From Anthoceros angustus (lineage: Eukaryota; Plantae; Anthocerotophyta): a stretch of DNA of 64,000 nucleotides. This document shows, piece after piece, positions 1-12,606 of this stretch. A program made the translations under genes and the position numbers. The stretch spans positions 496,001-560,000 of the forward strand of contig MU008196.1 in assembly GCA_010909165.1 (NCBI GenBank), given 5' to 3'. The notes under the pieces are model-generated. The model did not search any database and was not told where the DNA came from. It saw only the letters and a program-made list of their open reading frames with translations. Positions within the stretch are counted from its first letter, which is position 1; each line of letters begins with the position of its first letter.

Positions 1-436
1 GGAAGAGGTTGTGACAGGCCGCCACATCACATCCGCCACAACCCGGTGTGCATTTTGCCATTTGAGGCGTGAGATGATGAAGGTTAGATTTCTTCCTTGA
101 TTATAATGGATGATGGGCGGTTTGAAAATCCATATGTGATCCCGTTGATATTCGGACATTGCTCTGCGCATGCAGACGAAACGTCGACATTTGTCGCCAA
201 ATGTCCCGCGAGGTGTTCCTCGAACACCTAGGAATTTGCATCGCTATGCTGCTTTGGAGGGAAGCCCATCCAAACGCCGTTCTCTCTTCCCAATGTCTGT
301 GACCTTCCCCTGGGAGACAGACCGATGGTTCCACGCCGTGGTTTGTTTCATGAGGATATTGTTGCTCGCCTCCACTCACCGGATGATGAAGGGCCCAGTG
401 GGGACGACGAGGATTCCCTCCACTTCCAGACACCTG

Positions 437-2505
437 ATGCCTGTCAATCCTTCCATCCGAAGCCTCTGAGTGAGACTTTGAAGGCCCCGACAACCGCAAG
501 TACTCTATCATGCCGAGACGCTGAAATGGAGTGTCGTTGACAAAAGTGAAGGGAGACAATGCTTGCAGATTTCAAGAAGCCTTGTTGCAACAAATGTGTT
601 TGCTTGACCAAAGAGCGATTTCAAGAAGCCTTGTTGCAACAAATGTGTTTGCTGGTGACCAAAGAGCGATTTGAGGCGGATACCGCTTTCTTGGATGGGG
701 AGGCGAGGAGACATTTCTTCGCTCTTGTTCATGGAGATGCGGTGATAGAAGGAAAGCGGTCACATATCTCATGGGAGCGACTCTTATGCGCCGCTTGAAG
801 GCTTTCAAAAGAGTGTATTGCCTTGGGCACAAGAGGTATGAGGAGCTAAAGAGCGAGTCTTCGAATCACCTTGGGATGGATTCGGACCAAACCAAGGCAC
901 AATCTACTTATGCGCTTGATGCCATTTCTTGGATGGACAATGCTTTTATGTTTATGGCGGCTTCCTAATTTGGAAGTATTTAATCTACCGACACGTATAC
1001 AAAGTTGGAAATATGGGCGTTGTACAAGCGCTATGAAAGCTCTAGCATACGCTATGTGAAGTATCCATGGTTCTTAAACTGGAGAAGCAACTTCCCAGTA
1101 AAAATCAAGTCCAACAGATTTTCAACATGCTCGCTTATGCAGCTCAAGAGCACTATAAGAAATACAAAGCACAAGCAAGATCAAGGTAAATTGCACGATG
1201 TGTCTTTCATGTGCTTGTTCCTCCGCTTGTTGAATGCCCGCCTATCATCGCACGGATGTACCCTCTTGTGTCTTCTTCGTCATAATCGATGCATGTGCTT
1301 GCAATGCCAATACTTACCATGGATTGGGTTTCCCACAAGAGGCTTGGCGGGCGCGGCGGCCGCCTCTTCTGCGGGAGCAAATCTCCCCATCTCGGAGAGA
1401 GTGGGGAGGGGCCGCGCCGGCGCCTCTGCTCTGATGATGATTCGAGACCCTCCCAAATCATCCGCAGCGGAGAAAAGGGCGATGCCGCGCCTTCCCCCAC
1501 TTCCGACACCGATGCCTCTCAATCCTTCCATCCAAGCCTCGAGTGAGACTTTGAAGGCCCCGACAACCGCAAATACTCTATCATGCCGGAGACGCCACCG
1601 GAGTGTCGTTGACAAAAGTGAAGGGAGACAATGCTTGCAGATTTTCAAGAAGCCTTGTTGCAACAAATGTGTTTGCTGACCAAAGAGCGATTTCGGGAGC
1701 GATACCGCTTTCGGATGGGGAGGTGAACAGGAGACATTTCTTGCTCTTGTTCATGGATGGAGTGCAGATAGAAGGAAAGCGGTCACACATCTCATGGGAG
1801 CGACTCTTATGCGAAGGCTTTCAAAAGAGTGTATTGCCTTGGGCACAAGAGGTATGAGGAGCTAAAGAGCGTAGTCTTCGAATCACCTTGGGATGGATTC
1901 GGACCAAACCAAGGCACAATCTACTTATGCGCTTGATGCCATTTCTTGGATGGACAATGCTTTTATGTTTATGGCGGCTTCCTAATTTGGAAGTATTTAA
2001 TCTACCGACACGTATACAAAGTTGGAAATATGGGCGTTGTACAAGCGCCATAAAGCTCTAGCATACGCTATGTGAAGTATCCATGGTTCTTAAAAGCGTG
2101 GAGAAGCAACTTCCCAGTAAAAATCTCAAGTCCAACAGATTTTCAACATGCTCGCTGCAGCTCAAGAGCACTATAAAATACAAAGCACAAGCAAGATCAA
2201 GGTAAATTGCACGATGTGTCTTCATGTGCTTGTTCCTCCGTTGAATGCCCCGCCTATCATCGCACGGATGTACCCTCTTGTGTCTTCTTCGTCATAATCG
2301 ATGCATGTGCTTGCAATGCCCAATACTTACCATGGATTGGGTTTCCCCACGGGCGCGCCGCGGGCCGCTCTTCCGCCCGATAAATCTCCCCATCTCGGAG
2401 AGAGTGGGGAGGGGCGCCGGCCCGCTGCACTGCTGATGATGATTCGAGACCCTCCCAAATCATCCTTGCGGTGAAGGGCGGACGGCCGCCCTTCCCCACC
2501 GCCAC
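437..2505. repeat. Tandem duplication, unit ~1.07 kb (approx. 437-1510 and 1511-2505)
   Basis: GAGTGAGACTTTGAAGGCCCCGACAACCGCAA at ~468 and ~1541, with the following ~1 kb near-identical. Differences are mostly small indels. Confidence 0.9.
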
Positions 2506-2679
2506 CGCAAGGATGATTGGTAAGAGCGTCTTAAAAAAGCTTTTGTATAGGTTGGATGGTTCTCTCCGAGGTTGGGGGTCTTTTATTGCTGATTATGATG
2601 TTCGTTTTGGCACGAGAAATTCAGGTTGCCTTGGAAGCACATCGCGGCTCCACCAGAAGCGAAAATGGCTAAACATGAG

Positions 2680-3200
2680 CAAGAGCTATGTGGAGCCACA
2701 TAAGTATATGCTATCAATTGATGGAATGGACCAAAAAGAGAGATACCTCATCTTCTCCGGTGGCGAAAAACCTCGTAGAGGAGTGTCGATTTCACCACGT
2801 GGTTGGGTGCATGATTCACAACTATACGCTTAAAGCTAGAGCCTATTTGCATTATGCGAATTTGCGGAACGAATCTTACGATCACCATTATTCGTGACGT
2901 TATACATAATTACGAGGGTGTCCCGCCAAGAGTTTTGTATTTGCGTTGGACAACACATGCAGGAGAATAAGAACCACCGCTTTTGCTATCCGAACATGCT
3001 TGTTGATATGGGTACTTTTGAAAAAGTGAAAGTGGGATTCCTTTTGGTCGGACATACTCATGATCAAATCGACGGATGTTTTCTTGCTTCTCCAAAAGCT
3101 TGAAACATAAAAGAAGCTCACACGCTTCCCGCATTGTCAGAGATCTTGCTGCAAGCGTACACTCCTACACCAGAGGTCAAGGTATTGATCAAGTGGCCGA
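2680..3200 (+). pseudogene. Frameshifted RNase H-fold transposase catalytic core (Sola-like/DUF7869-like)
   Basis: Motifs across frames in order: SIDGMDQ (~2713-2733), LDNTCR/ENKN (~2946-2974, 1-bp frameshift), FLLVGHTHDQID (~3037-3073). This D...DN-x3-ENKN...GHT-x3-D pattern is what I associate with Sola-type transposases. Confidence 0.65.
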
Positions 3201-4520
3201 CTTCCCATATGTGTGTGGCCCATTACACAAGGCCGAGAGGACTCGATTATGGGGCGAAGAAGAAACCGAACAACCTATCGCTCCAAAGACCAGCTAAAAT
3301 AACACGTGAAGAGAAAGCCGTGGGTTTGTGATGATCGAGCAAGCAAGATCGACCGCCTCTGGGAAAGGGGTTTGAGTTTTGAAATTTGTGCCTTGGACAC
3401 TATAATGCCGCGCTTGACGCACGGTCGAGGGATAAAAAGGAAGCCATGATATTATCTCCAACTGCAGTTGCTCATCTAAAGGTTATGACATCAAGGAGTT
3501 TTATGGTGGGAAGCTCGGGTGGACCAGAGGAGATTGTCATATGTGTGGCCCATTACACAAGGCCGAGAGGACTCGATTATGGCGGCGGTAAGCGAACAAC
3601 CTATCGTTCCGGCAGTTTAAAATAACACGTGAAAGCGGGCCGTGGGTTTGTGATGATCGAGCAAGCGGTACCGACCTCGCCTCGATGGGAAGCGAAGGGG
3701 TTTGGAGTTTTGAAATTTGTGCCTTGGACACTATAGCGCCCTTGCGCCGCTGCGAGGGATAAAAAGGAAGCCATGATATTATCTCCAAGCTACGGCGTTG
3801 CTCATCTAAAGTATGTGACATCAAGGAGTTTTATGGTGGGAAGCTTTACGGGTGGACCAGAGGAGATTCTTATTGTGGAAAACAACATTGGCCTTGTGCT
3901 ACACAAACCTTGGAGGTGGTAGATCCAAGTGGAAGGTACACCAACCTCTCTGCATGTTCGGATGAAGCACTGGAGGAGGCATTCGAGGAGCTCCCACAAC
4001 GAGATATGTATTTGGGAGCATACCAAAACTGGGAGGCAACAACAAGAAATGTCACGGTTGAATGGTGATATCGCAGAAATAAAGCGAATGTTAGTTGCCC
4101 ATGCACACGCAAAATAGGCCCTTTTGGATTGGCAAGGTGACTTGTGTTGAACTACATGCACCAGCCTCACTTCCTTGTTCATTGGTACAGAATCAACACG
4201 ATGCGTATGAAGGAGGTACGTGGAAGAATATATAATCGAGGGATGGCAAGCATGAAGCAACTCGGGAGGCAGGCGAAGGCTATCCATCAAAGAATATCCA
4301 ACAAGTTTTTGTTCACCAAATAGTCATCCTCTATTATGGGTTCAGCTTGACTACGCGGAAACATTTGTACGCTGTGGATAAGAAGGCCATAAAAGATAAG
4401 TTAATTGAATTGCGAGGCTTTATTCAACCAGCGAGTCAAAGTGCAACCGAGGACAGTGAAGAGGATGGTCATGATGCCGGGCCCAGCGAAGATGATGGCG
4501 TGGAGTCGGGCGAAGAGTAG
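3200..4520 (+). pseudogene. Degenerate C-terminal or second coding region of the Sola-like element
   Basis: Broken frames with NRPFWIGKV and an acidic tail ending in a stop at ~4520. Amino-acid-level homologue on the minus strand at 37264-38130. Confidence 0.45.
3208..3870. repeat. Tandem duplication, unit ~330 bp
   Basis: TGTGTGGCCCATTACACAAGGCCGAGAGGACTCGATTAT at ~3212 and ~3542. Confidence 0.85.
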
Positions 4521-5352
4521 GAAACACTCATTCATTCGGGCAATTGAGGTTATGCGTCATGCTCTATTCCCGTAGTTTGCACAATGTGAAAGGTACATTT
4601 CAATAGTATCTACGCCCATGATAGGATTTTGGTTGTGGCTATCCTCTGAGAGAAGTTGTAGACTTGACATAGATAATATCTTCCATTTTCAAGAGTTTGT
4701 CCATACCATTGAGAAGGACATGTGGGAGTGTGGCCATAGGGCCGCTCGGCATTGCATAATGAAAGGCATCACGATGAGCCGTGCGGGCATGTTCCTCGTA
4801 AGGCCATGATGGCGGAACTAGTTTCCGCACACTTTTTAAGTTCATCGATTGCGATGCAGGGGACTAAAGCATGTGAATATATTTGCGACCACAATTGAGA
4901 CTGTATGGAAGCCATCCCCACCCCAATCAAGTCTTTTGTAACCAACCGACTAAAGGCACGCTACTCGCCATTCGCAAGGGATCTGGCATGAGAAGGACGC
5001 CGGCGCCCTTCCTCTCAAACTGCTTTGATACCGCCGCTGGTCACCGTCCTCAAAGTTTCATCACCCTTCTTTTGTAGATTTCATTTTGCTGGAGAGAAAG
5101 ACCGGCACTGCAGCAATGGCCTTGTCATGGGTCTTAAATGCGACCAAAATGAGGTTAACTCTAACACCATAACCCTTCGTTGAATGGATCTTCTATCAAT
5201 GGTTCATACAATTGTCACCCTTCTTTTCTCGCCTTTAATTGACCCATACCCCAAAAAGTACGAGTTCAATGCCCATGTGAAACCCCCTTCAGAGGATATA
5301 TGTCACAAAACCCTCTTCGTGAATATTCACCCCCTTCGAAAGATATCGTGTT

Positions 5353-5555
5353 TGCAGATATTCTGACGAAAGCACTGCCAAAACTCAAGCATTCTGTACA
5401 CATGGAGTCCCTTGGACTTAGAGACTTTAGCTATCTGCTGTGAGGTTTTTTCTTTTTTTGTGCAGAGGTCTAACCTTTTGGTTTTTTTGGGGGAGGTGGG
5501 GGAGTTGGGACCTGAATCCCTAGATGTATCAAGCTTTGCTTAAGTTAAGTTTGTA
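5353..5555 (+). mobile_element. Ty1/Copia 3' remnant: RNase H C-terminus, PPT, start of LTR
   Basis: Translates ADILTKALPKLKHSVHMESLGL (Copia ADIxTKAL motif). A purine run GGGGAGGTGGGGAG follows at ~5490-5504. Confidence 0.75.
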
Positions 5556-5559
5556 GCTT

Positions 5560-7374
5560 CCCTTACAGCAGCTGCACCACCTGCACTGCTTCGAAGATTC
5601 ACCAATTCTCGACCTACAATGACACAACACAATCGCAAGTCATGCCTTAGCAGCAAGGAGTCTATCACGGGCGCCCAAGGACCCCCTGACCCACGCCGTG
5701 ATTTTGTCCCCACCTCTAAGACTAACTCCTCCACAATTTGAGCACCCTCTTGTTACAGATTTAGAATTCGTCCTTTAGACTCTGCTTGTGGCCTTCCGAT
5801 TTTCCTACACTCTAAATTTCCTCACAACCTTCTCAATTAACGACGCTCTCTTCTTCCCTACTCATCTACCCTTCCTCCTTCCACAATCTCCTACTCTAAC
5901 ACTGTTTGCTGGGCTCATTAATTCCGACTCACCCTTACGGCACAACTGCCTGGGGTCCACCCGGAAATTAACGAGTTCTTCCTTGGGCCGGTTGCTATGC
6001 GATTTGTACCAGACAGCGAAAACCTCCAGGGAGTCTTTCCCTGTAGTCTACCCTCGAGCCCGAGAGTTCCTTGAGCATCGCCACACACTCAAAGCAAAAC
6101 AACTCACACAACAACCATTCACAAGGGGAGCAGCTGGCAGGGGCGCCTGCAATGAGCAAGCCCTCCGCCCAGCACTCCGATCATCGCGGATTCCCTCTCT
6201 ACCAGACGCTGCGTTGGCTTGCAGCCGGCGCGAGATCCCTGCACACAAAGTGACGTACTCGGGAGAATGGAAGCGCAAGACACGATACTTTGCTTTGTGA
6301 AGTCCTCCTCCTCTTATAGGAGGACCTCCACATACAACCTCCCTTGGGTGTGCCTGCTGCAGGCCACCTTTCCCAATATTTTATTATTTCCTACCGTCAG
6401 TATTTAAGTCCTAGCATCCAAGTCGCCTAGCTGATTCTGGGTAAATTCTATTCTAGCAAGTTCACCTATGTCAACTCTTAAATAACTTCAATCTACACCA
6501 CCTATCCTTCCCACTTCCCAAAGCACATTTATGGTCATTGACCAGCTTCAATCCTTATCTTGCTGAGGCGGTGACGCGTTCTCTGCTGATTGGCTTCCCC
6601 CTCTTTTTGCTCCTGTCCCCTCCCAGCTTCTGTCTTCTTCCTGGCTTGTGGGGCAAGTACCTTTCTGCCCCTTCTTCCTGCTCAGCGGGGCAGCACCCTG
6701 AGTCTTCTCGCCACCCAGGTAATCGCGCCCCTTCCTCGTACTCAAACGGCCCATCTTCCTGCCTCCACTGACGGCCGCGCTCCTTCAAAAGGGCACCCTA
6801 CTGTGGTAGGCTGGCAGCCTACCGGGGTAGGTTGACCTCCTACCATGGTAGGTTGGTCCCTTTCTCCCCTGTTGCTCTCCTTCCCCTATCACATCGGTGA
6901 AGACTTCCTGGGTTAAGATCTTTTTAGCTCCTTTGCCTGTTGTTTGATTTGTCCATACCGCATTTGCTGACCGATGATGTCCTCCTCACTGATTCCTTTG
7001 GGTCTTTTCATGCTAGACTCCTCTCCAGGTCCCGGTTCCTCCCTTGTCTGTGGGGTGAGGGAATTTCTCACCCCTTCTCCTGTCATGACGGGTTGTACCC
7101 CGTCCTTGGTCTCCTCCGATGGCTGTCCTTCATCAGCCACCTTGTCATCTCTCCTGGGGGGTGTGTTGCTAGATCCCCCGGCCCTTCCATCCTCCCCTAG
7201 GCCCCCTTGGCCTGGTGCCTTCTCTGGAGAGCCCATGTCACTTGTGGCCTCATCAAAATCTGAGGCCTCCGGCCGCACCTGTAGCAGCGCCTCCCGGTCA
7301 TCATCATGAGGACCCAAAGTCCTTCTCTTTGCAAGGCGCAACACCTCATTGTTCGGCCTTCAACACCCTGTTGT
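5560..7374 (-). mobile_element. LTR-retroelement-associated repeat family A, copy 1, 3' part (C-terminus of coiled-coil ORF plus TATA/U5-like region)
   Basis: Colinear homology with 44660-46535. ORF 6913-7344 (LRLAKRRTLGPHDDD..PEASDFDEATSDM) matches the C-terminus of ORF 46263-47501. Confidence 0.8.
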
Positions 7375-7982
7375 CTGGAGCAAGGGGTCAAGGGGGAGTA
7401 GCCATGGTGATGAACAAAGGTAGGGAGATCACTTTTGACGGCTTTGCGTTGGCCAATGTGCTGGTAGATACTGGAGCAGATCCGGTATTGTTGGGAGCTC
7501 GAGTGCAGGAAGCTCTCAAACTGTACTGCAGCAAGCTCATACCTGGTGATGTGAGCATCACAACCTCAGCAGGCACCAAGGAGCAAGTTATAGGGATAAC
7601 CAAGGATCCCATCAAGATTGAGCTCAAGCCCTGGCATGCTTGATGTGTGTGTAGTGGAGGTACAGTGCTTGGTGACAAATGCCAAGACTTATGATGTGCT
7701 GCTAGGAGCAGATGCCACACATGGGCTTGGGATGGGAATGGATCTTTTGCATGCTGTGGCATTTTATCGATCCCTATGGAGAAAAGGTGATTTCACGAGG
7801 GTGGCTCGAATCCCGTTGGAGAGGCGAAGACATGGAGGGAAGGGCAAGATGAGGGCTGCAAATGGAGTGGCATGTGCTTTAAGTGCTCAGAGCGAGCATA
7901 GGCAAGAGATGTGGGAGGATGTAGAGGAGCTGTCCGCCCAAGAGACTCCAAAGCAAGAAGTGCAGAATGGAGTGTTGAAGAT
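7375..7982 (+). pseudogene. Ty3/Gypsy aspartic protease fragment
   Basis: VLVDTGADPVLLG catalytic motif and YDVLLGAD. Similar to the protease of the DNMT-bearing element (~23800-24095). Confidence 0.75.
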
Positions 7983-10355
7983 TGTGGAACGTAAAAGTTT
8001 GGGTAACCGGTTCGAGTTGGGTTACTCTGAAATAGGACCGATTTTTGTGGTTAGAAATGATTTGGTGGAAACATGCCGAAACTTTTTCAATTCTTTTGGA
8101 AGCTGGTGTTATAGGATAATGTTAGACGGGCAAGGAGGATACATAGGGAAGAAGAAACGGATCAAAACGGCCTTAGGATGGGGCAGGTAGGTAGCCCGAA
8201 GGGGTGGTAGGTTGGCAACCTACCGCCGTAGGCTGCCAGCCTGCGTCGGTAGGCTAAGGAGCGCAGGCAGACTACCACGGTAGGCTGGCAGACTACCGCC
8301 GTAGGCTGAGGACGTTTCGAACGGGAAGGCGAATTTAGGATAAGGGGATATCCACTATATATGCTTACCATAGGGAATTAGATAAGTAGGTTAAGTGGGG
8401 AATGCTTAATTAGGGATGTATTAATTAGGAAGTAATTAATTAGAGGACGAAATGAGATAGGAAAATAGGCAAGAAAAGTAGGGGTGCAGCAAGAGAAGAA
8501 GAAGGAAGGAAAGGGCCGGGGTGGAAGGAAGAAGGCAATGCTTGCCCAAGCCCAAAGTGAACTATCAATGCACCTCTTACTTCAGCACCAGTTTCTTGCA
8601 ATTTTTGTGGAAGATCACTCGAGGAGCCAAGCCAGATTGGGGGACCATCATGTATGAGGCTTATATCCATCACAGGGAGAAGCTCCTCAGGCCCAACAAG
8701 GTGGATGAAGGAGGAGCACGGCCATGCTATCTTAGCACCTATTTGGTGCACTTGTGGGAAACGGAGGGGCTCTTAACCAACAAGGAGCTTGACGATGCTT
8801 GGCATCCTTTCGAAATCATACACCTCAGGCCGAACTTGGAAAGGCCTTTGCCCTTTGCTTTGAGGAAGACCATGGGAGGGCAAACCTCCTCAAGCGCACC
8901 AGGACCGAGGATTGAGGAGTTGGAGGCAGCACCAGTAGGATTGCCGGAGATGGGGGATTTTCCCTTACATGAAGAGCAAGGAAAAGGACGCGAGATGCAG
9001 GCCAGGGAGGGCCAAGTGGTGATCTATGAGGGCGCTTCTACCACGGTAGGAGTGCAACCTACCATGGTAGGGGGGGCAACTTACCATGGTAGGGGGGGCA
9101 ACCTACCACGGTAGGAGAGATAGCCCCAAGGGTGGGAGGGGTTCCCACCATCTCGTGGGTGCCAGCAAGGGAGGCACCCCGTCAACCTACCGCGGTAGGA
9201 AGGCAGCCTATGGCGGTAGGGACTCAGCCTACCACGGTAGGTAGGCACCCTACGCCGGTAGGCAGGCAGCCTACGGCGGTAGGGAAGAGGAAGGAAGGTC
9301 AGCGCGAGGCGCCGAGGGCTGCGCCTAGGTCGCCATCACCCGCGCCAGGAGGGAGAGGGGATGGGGTGACAGTGCGGGGGCCTACCCCGCCGCACGATAG
9401 CCAGGGGGATGCAAGGACGCTGGAAATTTCCAATAAGAGACCAAAGGGGTCTGCATTGTGACCCCTGGGAGAATTGCTAAGTGCTTGTGAGGCATTTGGC
9501 CACGTTGATTTGAAGGCGGCGAGGGAAATGGCAACCTCCCTCTTGGCCTGCCAAGAAGAGGTCCGGGCAAATAAGGCCCAAGAGATGGCATGGCGGAGAG
9601 ACGAGCGGGGACCAAATGGGAGCTGGAGGCCATGGAGTCCGATGAGAAGGCAGCCAAGTTGGAGAAGGCTATGGAGAAGCTTTAGCAGGATATCATGGAT
9701 CACAGGCGGACAGAGAAGACCCTGGAGGGGAAGCTGTCCCAAGCGGAAGAGAGGGCTGTCCGAGCCACCGGCTAACAAGACACATGGAGGCATAAGGCGG
9801 AGGACCATTTTGCCCAACTACAGTAGGAGCGGCGAGGCAAATCCGAAGCTCTAGAACGAGAGAAGCGGGCGACCCAGCAGGTGGAAGCACAAAAGCAAGT
9901 GATGGCCACCCAAGCCATCAAGATCCGGGATGCGGAAGAAGAATTGCGGGGAACCCGGTTGAGTTTGGAGGTGAGACGCACGGAGTTGATCACCCAAGAC
10001 CTCCAAGTACAGGGGCTGGAACGCGAGAAGAATGCTTGGCAAGAGGAGAAGGAGGCGCTGGCCAAGCAGGTGGCGGACCTAGAACAGAGGAGGGCTCGAG
10101 AGGAGGAGCGCCACAAGAAAGTGGTCCATAGGTTGCTGATGGTGAGAGAAAGACGATTTCGGGCGGATTATGCCCTACAAGTGAAATTGGCTAGCCAACG
10201 CAGAGAAGCGAGGGAGGAGAATGTCGCTTTACATGTGAGGATAGGAGAAGCAACCATGGCAAGAGACGCCTACAAGGATAGGTGTGAGAGTGGAGAATGG
10301 CCAACCGAGCTCGACGACCTCCAGATGCCGTATCAGAGCCTGGGGGCTCATCTCC
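7983..10355 (+). mobile_element. Repeat family A, copy 1, 5' part (inverted relative to 5560-7374); frameshifted N-terminal and coiled-coil ORF 8521-10355
   Basis: Peptides VHLWETEGLLTNKELDDAWHPFEIIHLRP, LEISNKRPKG and CESGEWPTELDDLQM match ORFs 47823-48044 and 46263-47501. The start at TG 7983 is tentative. Confidence 0.75.
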
Positions 10356-10419
10356 TGAAGATGGACTTTTATAAGTTGTCAGTCAAAGTGGGTCCCACAC
10401 ATTCCATCAATGTAGCATC

Positions 10420-11290
10420 CCAAGATTCTGTCATGCCAACACACACTATGATTTGGCATTATTGTCTAGGCCATTCTAATAAGTCAAAAATTACTTCAAA
10501 TGTCTAAGGGAAACCTTTATAGAACTCCCTGTCACTCCAAAATAGAGCACCTACCTTGGTGTGAAGTTTATGTCTTAACCAAAAGACATCAAGCTCCTTT
10601 TCAGGACATCTCTCCATAGAGGGCTACAATCACAGACGACTACTCTCGTTTCGTTCTCACCTACATCCTTAAACACGAGAATGATGCTTATCATTTCCTC
10701 AAAGACTATATGGCTTGGGAAGAGAAATTAACTGATAAAAAACTCTAGACCTTATGTTCCGACAATGGTGGCGAGTTTACATCCCATGCATTTGCTAAGT
10801 TTTGTCGAGTTGAAGGCATAGCTCAACAACTCACTATTGTACACACTCCTCAACAAAATGGCATCGTAGAAAACAAGAATCTACGTCTACAAGGGAGCAC
10901 AGACTGTTTATTATCCCAAGCACATTGACCAAAAGTTTATTGGGCAGAAACTATTCTTACATCCACTTATCTCCACCAACCGGTTATTAATCTCTCTGAG
11001 AGTTTCATCCGTTTCAACAACGGATTATGTGTAATGTCGAAACAAGCGCCTTTGTTCGTAGATTGCGTCCGTCTACTGATCAAGGTATAACTCCATATGA
11101 AACATTTACTTGTAATAAGCCTTCTATCGATCATCTTCGAATTTTTGGATCTCCTGCTTACATGTTTATTCCTAAAGCACAACGTAAGAAGTTAGATCCC
11201 AAGGCTATTAAGTATACTTTTATTGGTTATATCGAAGGGATCAAAAGTTATAAATTAATTGATCCTTATACCAGGAAGCTCATTCAATAG
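10420..11290 (+). pseudogene. Ty1/Copia pre-integrase, integrase and SH3 remnant
   Basis: WHYCLGH, DDYSRF, SDNGGEF, TPQQNGIVENKN, WAETILTSTYL, HLRIFGSPAYMFIPKAQRKKLDPKA, with several stops. Confidence 0.9.
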
Positions 11291-11299
11291 ACTTGATTT

Positions 11300-11770
11300 G
11301 CAGTGGATTAAAAGATGTAAACAAACCTCGTTTAGCAAATCTGATCAATTTCCCTTGATTATCATATTTAATTAAAATTGATCCAATGAAATTACAAACT
11401 TGTGTAGAAACTTCTTCTATTTCTTCTACACGTGAATCCAATATGTTTTGGAGTCTAATCTTGTGGTCCTTGTATTATTTCTCTTATTTTGCAGCCTTGA
11501 ATCTTCTCCAAAATCCTTGTCTACCTTGATTTCCAAAATCATTGGCAGATTGACAAGGATTGAGTGCACAACTTGTGGATCATATGAATATAAAATCAAG
11601 AATGATGCAATTGTTGCCGGAGATCAAATCTCCTTGATATATATTTTGATAATCTAGAGTAGAATATGCATTAGGGATTGATGATTGCGTAGGCTTATTC
11701 AATATATTCAAATGTCAAGAGCAAGGTACTATGATACCATGATGAAAATTACACACTTGCTCAAAGAGTT
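11300..11770 (-). mobile_element. Possible Copia 5' end remnant (LTR end, Met-like PBS, decayed gag)
   Basis: Minus strand reads ...CATCA TGGTATCATAGTACC (11727-11744), one mismatch in the first 11 nt from the iMet PBS. AT-rich decayed sequence follows. Confidence 0.35.
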
Positions 11771-12606
11771 TCTAGCATTGACCAATATAACCAAAAAAGG
11801 ATGGGTGCTTGGGTGGGACCTCTGAGACATTCTTAGCCAATCCAGGGTCAGTTCATAACGAGGACAAGGCTCCCACTCGGGCAGATTAACATGCGCAATA
11901 CGGCACTTCCATGCAAGAAGGGTTGCATGGATGGTGGCCTGAGTACTTCTTCCTGAAACACTGACCTATAACCGGGAGGGGCACATCGAGGGCCACGATG
12001 GTCAATATCTGCTCACCTTAGTCAACAAGGTTAGCTTGAGCATAGTCAACAAGGTTAGCTTGAGTAATGGGGGCAGCTAGCAAGGCAACGATGGACAGCC
12101 CGCATGGCACCGCATTATGAGGCGATGGAGTGTGGACACCGACCTCGTGAACATGTATGCGGAATGAGAGCCTGACGTCGTCTTCATATCTTCATCCTCA
12201 ATTTCTCACTCAATAGAGTTCCCCAAGGATTAGTGATGTCCAGTTAAGTTTTTGTCATCCCTACTAATTAGGGATATCTACTTCTGCCCTCCCCACTTCA
12301 CTCTACTAGTGTACTAGCCTAAACCTCCATCCATACTTGTTGAGCATCTCTTCATCCGTCATACCGGGAATGCATAATGCGACTAAATGCGAAACCTGCA
12401 GCATGTAACAAACTTGATTGATCTATATCTACAAGAGGGGCAGATACGTCCCCTAATACAACTCATTACATTATGCCTGAAGGCAATTGATTCCTCAAGA
12501 GTGAGCACACATACCACAACTGCATGGGTGGATCGTATTCCAGCTCGTCCGTAAAATAATTCAGCATCACCCGATTATAGATATCCTTGGTTAGAAGAAG
12601 TTTGAA

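Larger units (their letters stand above)
1..5352 (+). mobile_element. Sola-like DDD/E TIR DNA transposon, transposase-bearing copy (left end not identified; right TIR 5323-5352)
   Basis: Ends in ATATTCACCCCCTTCGAAAGATATCGTGTT, the same 30-mer that forms the TIR pair of the 38940-41165 element. Unrelated Copia coding sequence resumes at 5353. Contains a frameshifted transposase. Left boundary is uncertain. Confidence 0.65.

Noticed and set aside
1310-1322. ATACTTACC as a U1 snRNA 5' end (also ~2323)
   Set aside because: It diverges after 9 nt and has no U1 stem-loops or Sm site.
11780-12500. Possible gene or TE fragment downstream of OSCA
   Set aside because: Apart from a 25-bp tandem duplication at ~12019-12064, I could not recognise any motif.
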